This document shows positions 49,621-56,325 of a DNA stretch of 56,325 nucleotides, in pieces. Source of the stretch: Octopus bimaculoides (taxonomy: Eukaryota); assembly GCF_001194135.2 (NCBI RefSeq), contig NC_068982.1:22972545-23028869 (forward strand), read 5' to 3'. Below the pieces are notes generated by a model. The model did no database searches and was not told where the DNA came from. It saw only the letters and a program-made list of their open reading frames with translations. Numbering within the stretch: position 1 is the stretch's first letter; each line of letters opens with the position of its first letter. Both the position numbers and the translations under genes were made by a program.

Positions 49621-50589
49621 TATTATGATTGCTAGTTTGATATTCAATCAATTCAGCCAACATAATTCCTTAGTATGCTAGTAAAAACTGAAGTCGGAAA
49701 TAGAGAAATCTAATCAGTGTAGATCTTTTTAAAATCTCTATCTGATTAAATTGATCGACGATAACATCTTTAAATCTACCATCCTATTTCATTTATAGAG
49801 ACATCATTGCAAAATGTTTTTCTAACGCTTCTACAAACAGTCAACGACCGGAACTTGCGTATTTTGAACGCATGTTTTTGTTTAGGAGGGAGATAAGCAG
49901 CCTTCTCTCTGATCGAATAATCTATTGCATTAGAATGGCCAATTCAATTCTTATTGATGACTGCCGGAGATAAATATCGCCTAGAAAAACGGATTCAGCG
50001 GATCTCTCAGTTAGATTTGGAGAATTTTCTTGTCAGCGAATCTTTAGTTTATTTTTCTAATTTTTATAATATTCTTTAGTCAGAGTTGTATATGAAGAAT
50101 TTTGCATTTGCCTGAATTGATTGGATATCATAATCTCACCGAAATTGCCAATGTTTATAATTCGTCATCAGCTATGTGCTACGTTCATGAGAGAGACAAT
50201 TCTTTCCAAAATAGTACTGTGGGCCTAGTTGTAACGAAGGAATACGTGGAAATAAACCACGCAGTTGTATTCATCGGACATATTGAATACTACAAATGTA
50301 AGGTATTAGTATTAGGTAACAAATTAAATATATATACTTCAAAATATTACTAGTATTGGCTTCGCATAACTAATTTTCTTTGGATATTAAATTATTAAAA
50401 TGGAGTTCTTATAAGTTATATATTAGCTTACGAAGAAATTATAGGCTATATCGGTGTATGAGAAAAATGACATATGGCAAGTAATATTCATTTTACTACA
50501 GTCGAATAACAAAAATTGCATTCTTATACTTTACTTAGTAACAGATATATTATATGAAAATATTTGATATAGTAATTTGTAGATACGCG

Positions 50590-50774
50590 TCGGAGTGGCT
50601 GTGTGGTAAGTAGCTTGCTTACGAACCATATGGTTCCGGGTTCAGTCCCACCGCATGGCACCTTGGGCAAGTGTCTTCTACTATAGCCCCGGGCCGACCA
50701 AACCTTGTAAGTGGATTTGGTAGACGGAAACTGAAAGAAGCCCGTCGTATATATATGTATATATGTATATATAA

Positions 50775-50810
<36 letters not shown>

Positions 50811-51062
50811 ATGTGTCTGTGTTTGCCCCCCCCCCCNNNNNNNNNNNNNNNNNNNNNNNNNNNNNNNNNNNNNNATATCGCTTGAGAACCGATGCTGTCG
50901 TGTTTACGTCGCCGTAGCCTAGCGGTTCGGCAAAAGAGCCCGATAGAATAAGTACTAGGCTTACAAAGAATAAGTCTTGAGGTCGATCTGCTCGACTAAA
51001 GGCGGTGCTCCAGCATGGCCACAGTCAAAATGACTGAAACAAGTAAAAGAGTAAAAAAGAGA
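50590..51062 (+). mobile_element. full-length SINE-B
   Basis: ggagtggctgtgtggtaag head, gggttcagtccc B box, ggcaccttgggcaagtgtctt CORE-like box, internal (TA)(TG)n, gtaaaaga tail. Confidence 0.92.
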
Positions 51063-51229
51063 ATAGTCGTATTAACGAATTGAAGGAGAAGATGCGTCAC
51101 TGGTCTTGAATTTCATGCTTTTGCGTTAGAGGAGGTGGGTTAATCCGATAGTAGCACAACATAACAAAATATGCGACTGCTTAATTTAGCCCGCAGGGTT
51201 GAATAAAGTTTCTGCCTCGAATTAGCGAC

Positions 51230-51960
51230 AAGAATACCACTACCACAAACCATTTAGTTTAGTTTATGTCTATGCGCTGATCTCCTGCCGTCTTCCAGAT
51301 CACCATTACAATAGCTGCTTGGGCAGTCTCTCATCACTCATCCTTACCAGATGTCTCCCCTGCTTCAAACGTTTTTGCAGAACCATTGACTCAGTATTTC
51401 TTCTGCCACTCCTCTCAAGCACCACCACATTACCAATGACCATTTTCCCAGTTTATCCCCAAATTTGTTTCTTAGGCAGTATTGATGGTATTGCTCCAGT
51501 TGTCCTATATGCCTACGGGAGATAACCCATGCCACACTCCCATATAGCAAAGATGGCAGTAAGCATGTGCTATATACCTTAACTTTAATTTGTGGAAGTA
51601 CATTATGTCGTGTACACAGACGCCTATCAAGCTTACCAAAAGTACTAATAGCGCTGCTGATTCTATATGAAATTTCTTCAAGACCAGCGGTGTCTAAGGT
51701 ACTTCTGAAATAAATAAATCTAGACACAGCCTCCAACCTTTGACTATGCACAGTTTTAAAAGGTTCCATATACATTTGGAGGGAGCAGGCTGGTACATTG
51801 CAGCAGTTCTTTTTCATCTTGATCGTTAGACCCAATGCTGCACATGTCGCTGAAATCGCATTCAGCATGTGCTGCATATATTCCTGGGATTGTTCCAACA
51901 GGTCACAAACATCTGCATGCAGGAACTCAATGAGGTGAGAATGCAGGACTTCCGATTTGG
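51230..51960 (-). mobile_element. decayed RTE (BovB-like) LINE, RT C-terminal half
   Basis: FLHADVCDL (degenerate YADD), ALGLTIKMKK, RISSAISTFGKL, KVKVYSTCLLPSLLYGSVAW, RHIGQLEQYHQYCLR, GRHLVRMSDERLPKQLL. Confidence 0.9.
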
Positions 51961-51994
51961 CATAAAGTCTTTTGAGATTGAACAGTTTTCCCGT

Positions 51995-52143
51995 TCATTA
52001 TTTACATTATTTACATTTGACTGATATTTGTACTCATCTTGTTTGTTGTTAACACAACGTTTCGGCTGATATACCCTCCAGCCTTCATCAGGCGTCTTGG
52101 GGAAATTTCGAACCTGGGTTCTCATTGCTAAGGTATTTTTCAA

Positions 52144-52193
<50 letters not shown>

Positions 52194-52264
52194 TCACTGC
52201 TTGGAATCGAACTCGGAATCTTGGGGTTAGTAGTCCGCGCTCTTAACCACCAACCATATGCCCG
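51995..52264 (-). mobile_element. tRNA-headed SINE with internal (AAT)n and a Penelope-type hammerhead 3' module (family 1)
   Basis: Head 52264-52188 has an A-box-like tggttggtgg and B box gagttcgattcc; (AAT)n 52189-52146; HHR 52096-52051; tail tgtaaataa twice. Confidence 0.75.
52051..52096 (-). ncRNA. minimal type-I hammerhead ribozyme motif (canonical CUGAUGA...GAAA core)
   Basis: GACGC-CUGAUGA-A-GGCUG(GAGGGUAUAU)CAGCC-GAAA-CG-UU-GUGUU; palindromic ACGU stem III; GUU site. Confidence 0.72.
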
Positions 52265-52559
52265 TTGTCCTATATCTTATATACACACCTCTTCAGTGCA
52301 ATCTTCAAAACCTATTTGAAAGACTATGGCAAAATACATAGAAAACAAGGTAGGAGCATGAATATCACATTGTTTTACACCATTTTCAACAGAAATTTGA
52401 TCTGATAAGGTACCTCAAAATTAACTCTCACTTCCATCTTGTTGTTACACTGCCTTAGCATTCTCACAATATATACAGTATATACACATATCGTTTGAAA
52501 TAGAATATATACAATATATATTCACATACACACACACACTCACAAAAACTCCGCACACA

Positions 52560-52790
52560 CGTCCACAAACACACGTCGTTGAATGACCGTTGACTACACT
52601 TTAGTTCTTGCGCCCTTTGACGGATCTTATTTTTTGTCCCGCTGGGTGTCCAACATTTACCCTCCTCACCAAGCAGGCTTGGTGGAGTTGTCAGTTTAGT
52701 AGCCGACGACCCGACCATGTAACAGGTTGTACTGGATTAAGTCGTGTCATCAGTAGCGCTCAAGAGCGACCTGACATAACCTCTCTTTCT
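52560..52790 (-). mobile_element. possible 5' region of an RTE LINE (structured UTR and start of the endonuclease)
   Basis: GC-rich with hairpins; minus frame ...KIRQRAQELKCSQRSFNDVCLWTCVRS weakly recalls the APE GTWNVRS start. Confidence 0.35.
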
Positions 52791-53073
52791 TTCTCTCTCA
52801 CTATCTCTCTCTCTCACTATCTCTCTCTCCATCCCCACACACATATATATAACACCGATCATATTTACATGTGATGTGGGTTCAAGGTAACCTTCAATTG
52901 TTTCTATCCCAAATGCTTTTAAACCGTTATAATATATAGCTTTTGTCTGCTTCGAGATTCACGTTCCAGAACTAATTATTCTTACGTTCTCAAATTTTCT
53001 AAACCCTCCTGACATCAAAAATATATAATATATATACATATACATATACACACACAAACACACAGACACATGT

Positions 53074-53130
<57 letters not shown>

Positions 53131-54469
53131 ATCCTTAGCAAGACACCTGTTGATATTTATGAGCTCTGGGGGAAACACACTTACAGCCTGCCGAAACGAA
53201 AGTCTATACTTAGTTTTGTCTGCGTCACTCATGGTCACAAATTATAACGCATCTCCTCTTAGTAACACCTCGGGTATTCTCTACTACTGTTCCTACATGG
53301 TCGTAACACGCAATAAACCAATGCCAACAAAAAGAGATAAAGAGAAGATAATGCAACAATATCATAGCTGTTTTGTATCTTTGAATCACTTAACAAGAAC
53401 CAGACCATCAGTCAACTTCTGTTAAATACAGAATTATTTCGACAACGCATACAAGAGGTGACTGTGCGTCAATAGAGAAGTAAAAAAACCTATATTAAAA
53501 ATAATTTAAAAAAAACTAAAAAAAAACATGACTTGAGGAAATCCAAGACAAACAAAAACAGAAAAGCATTCTAGTTTATATTATGAATACAGCAATATAT
53601 ACATACGGCGAAATCTAATAACTAATAATTCCTCTCACATTTTTATTCTGATGACGTCAAAGATCAACAGTTTTTTTATTATTATTATATTAAGCGTTGA
53701 AATGCTAAATAGAAGAGAATTTAAAGAGAAACATGTTAAAATATACCATAACGAGAAAGATGTAATTATTCAATGTAAAATTTTTGATCTCTCTCTCTCT
53801 ATATATATATATCTGTCTGTCGGTCTGTCTGTCTGTCTGTCGGTCTGTCTATCCGTCTGCCTGTCTGTCTATCTATCTGTCTATGTGTCAGTCTATCGCA
53901 ACCAGTCTCTTTTTCTCTCTCTTTCAATAAATGAATGAACATANNNNNNNNNNATATATATATAGGTAAGTGTATATGTATATAATTGAGTGTGCGTTTG
54001 CATATATATGCAAACACACTCTCAATCATATACATATACACTTACCTGTATCATATGTACACTCACACATATATGTTCTCCTCACTCGCTAACGTGTTTG
54101 ACCTAACAGTATGTATTACAAATTTGCTAGTTATTTTCGGTGCCTTTCTTGTCTGGGCAAATGTGGTCAATCTCGTGATATTCTCAATATTGATCAAACA
54201 TAATCACGTGGGGTGTGACAGATGTTGGAAACGATGGCTGCACCATCACGTTGCTGAGTAGAAAGGTAAAATGGAAATGAAATGCTTTGCTGAAGGACAG
54301 ATCATACCTCCCGGTTCGGAAATATAACACATGATCTTATGATCACATACTAAAAATCTTCACTAGGCTACGTTCTGCTGGTTGTGACGGGAGATTATCT
54401 AAAGTAAGAGACCCGAGCATTCGTCAACTTTTAAATTATCTGTCTCTTCCTGCTGTATCAACTGCATTA

Positions 54470-54800
54470 AAATAAGAATCTTATGGTTCTAGCCGCAATC
54501 CACTGAGTGTGAGACATTGCCAGCTTTGTAAACGTTGCCGGGTCCTTTGCATTCAGGTACGAAAAACCTCTACAAAGGAAGTGTAATGTGTTCCTGCGAG
54601 AAAGAAACATTTTAAGATGTCAGACTGTCTCAGCACGCCAGAGTTGATTCATAAAATGTAGGGCTTCATCTGCGATAAATTCTGCTGACCGCTGGTGGTC
54701 GTAGCCAAGCAGATCAATGGAGTAGAGGCCAATATCAGATGTGTGATACACAATACCATCAAGTATCTGTTCATCATGAAAAGACCTTTTTCAACATAAA
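54470..54800 (+). mobile_element. decayed Tc1/mariner-superfamily transposase, N-terminal/HTH region
   Basis: DIASFVNVAGSFAF, then ARKKHFKMSDCLSTPELIHKM*GFI...AKQINGVEANIRCVIHNTIKYLFIMKR, resembling the recalled IAxFLNVARSFV...RKKHxxRSDxIRTPEF...EATIRRVVHEDLRYKSYVMRR. Confidence 0.68.
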
Positions 54801-55004
54801 AAGAACTGTATGATGTAATCCTAGCGTCATGGAACACTCAGCACTGTTGCGTTTGTGACACTGTTGGAGGCTTGGCCAATCAGCAGAACGCAAGAGAGCT
54901 AAGGATTAGCCGGAACTTTCACAATACGAGTAGTGTGCAGCAAGTGGTCCTAGAAGGACAATCTTAGAATCAAGGAAGCTCTTAATTAGATTTTTTGTTA
55001 AGGA

Positions 55005-55080
55005 GCACTCCGTCGGTTACGACGTCGAGGGTCCCAGCTGATACAATCAACGGAACAGCTTGCTCGTGAAATTAACGTTG
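55005..55080 (-). mobile_element. SINE-C 3' fragment
   Basis: gcactccgtcggttacgacgtcgagggtcccagctga...gctcgtgaaattaacgt. Confidence 0.85.
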
Positions 55081-55575
55081 CTTGTTTTCACTTTTTCGAT
55101 ATCAGTGAAGAATTTCACTGGAAAAAGGTACATAAGGTTGCCAAGAATTTATCTCTCTCATCGCAGATCGGTGGCTATCGGACGCTGACGAAAGGAAATA
55201 ACCCTGAAACCCGGGTCCGTTCGTGCTACAGATCACGATGGGAGGGATAACTTCCCTTGGCAAAACAAACAGGACACAGAAGTTTGTCGATAAGCCAGCT
55301 GGAGGAGATGTCCTCCTGGGGCTAANNNNNNNNNNNNNNNNNNNNNNNNNNNNNNNNNNNNNNNNNNNNNNNNNNNNNNNNNNNNNNNNNNNNNNNNNNN
55401 NNNNNNNNNNNNNNNNNNNNNNNNNNNNNNNNNNNNNNNNNNNNNNNNNNNNNNNNNNNNNNNNNNNNNNNNNNNNNNNNNNNNNNNNNNNNNNNNNNNN
55501 NNNNNNNNNNNNNNNNNNNNNNNNNNNNNNNNNNNNNNNNNNNNNNNNNNNNNNNNNNNNNNNNNNNNNNNNNNN

Positions 55576-55635
<60 letters not shown>

Positions 55636-56276
55636 ACACATTCATTCGAGAAGGTGCTGAAGAATTCCTAGCTTTAAAGGTGGCGGGAAAAGCCTTGTTG
55701 GAGGCCCAGACTTCCCAGTTATTTACAGGACTAAGATAAACTGAAGGACCACTGAAATAAGTGTGTTAATCCGAGAGGGGAAAATATGTTGAATAAGATC
55801 ATAATCAATTGATCCTATTGCAACCCCTCGTGCATTTGCGTGTAATTTCAAGTAAAACCAACTCAAATCAAATTCTATCACCCTCTCTGTCACTCTCTTC
55901 CTCTCAGTCACTCATTCCTTCCTTCTGTTTTTATATCATTTGCACACATATACATGGAAATATATATTGGTAAAACACACAATACACACGTAAATATGTA
56001 TATGTGCAGACATATATACTTACAAACATACATGAATGCATACAGTACTAATACACAAACACAAATACATACACATACACTCACAGACACGTGTGTATAA
56101 ATGTGTTTTATTTGTATGCATTCTTAAGGCTTCTAAAATGTTAAAAACATTCAAAATCTATTACAGCTACATATATCATGGCAGTTTTATCACAACAAGC
56201 TCGCATCACTTCATAACAACCTTCACATCCCTTTCTTGCCCACTTCATCTACACATCGACTTGTTCTCCATTTAAT

Positions 56277-56278
<2 letters not shown>

Positions 56279-56325
<47 letters not shown>
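56279..56325. repeat. (TC)n microsatellite
   Basis: Direct reading. Confidence 0.95.

Larger units (their letters stand above)
2663..55575. other. 18 assembly gaps (N runs), about 8.2 kb in total
   Basis: N runs at 2663-3549, 7012-7021, 7599-7991, 8438-8939, 10813-10822, 12366-12767, 14406-15084, 16190-17146, 17990-18826, 21854-22203, 23180-24098, 27676-28003, 30526-30849, 32111-32972, 39142-39561, 50837-50874, 53944-53953 and 55326-55575; most abut TA/CA microsatellites. Confidence 0.98.

Noticed and set aside
2172-52264. tRNA-like sequences with A and B boxes as tRNA genes
   Set aside because: All continue into SINE bodies, and I could not find an intact cloverleaf with an acceptor stem; they are SINE heads.
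52640-52790. HDV-like or hammerhead ribozyme in the GC-rich block
   Set aside because: No P3/L3/P1.1 fit, and the minus-strand CTGATGA has no downstream GAAA stem.
54-56275. Long ORF-track entries (YIYI, CVCV, HTHT, poly-I/S/V/Y/N, poly-X)
   Set aside because: Translations of microsatellites or N gaps; no coding evidence.

Overview
Eukaryotic, AT-rich and repeat-saturated DNA with 18 N-gaps (about 8.2 kb), most of them next to (TA)n or (CA)n tracts. The SINE families look like those I recall from Octopus or other coleoid cephalopods; that assignment is inference from memory, not a search. I find no confident host protein-coding gene. The long ORF-track entries are microsatellite or gap artefacts, and the recognisable coding remnants all come from transposons: RTE (two fragments), CR1-group, Tx1/L1, three R4/Dong-like fragments with a restriction-like endonuclease, and a Tc1/mariner transposase. 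Several tRNA-derived SINE families are present, some with clear target-site duplications. The most interesting signal is a set of minimal, Penelope-type hammerhead ribozyme (HHR) motifs with palindromic stem III, in three sequence families. They recur as back-to-back inverted pairs. One HHR module is joined to a Pol III tRNA-like head (51995-52264), suggesting a hammerhead-bearing SINE mobilised by Penelope-like elements (PLEs). Other notable structures are a Helentron-like element split by a 1.1-kb insert that carries a twin-HHR inverted repeat, a (TAA)n array with stacked Dong-like and SINE insertions, and a few weak candidate exons.
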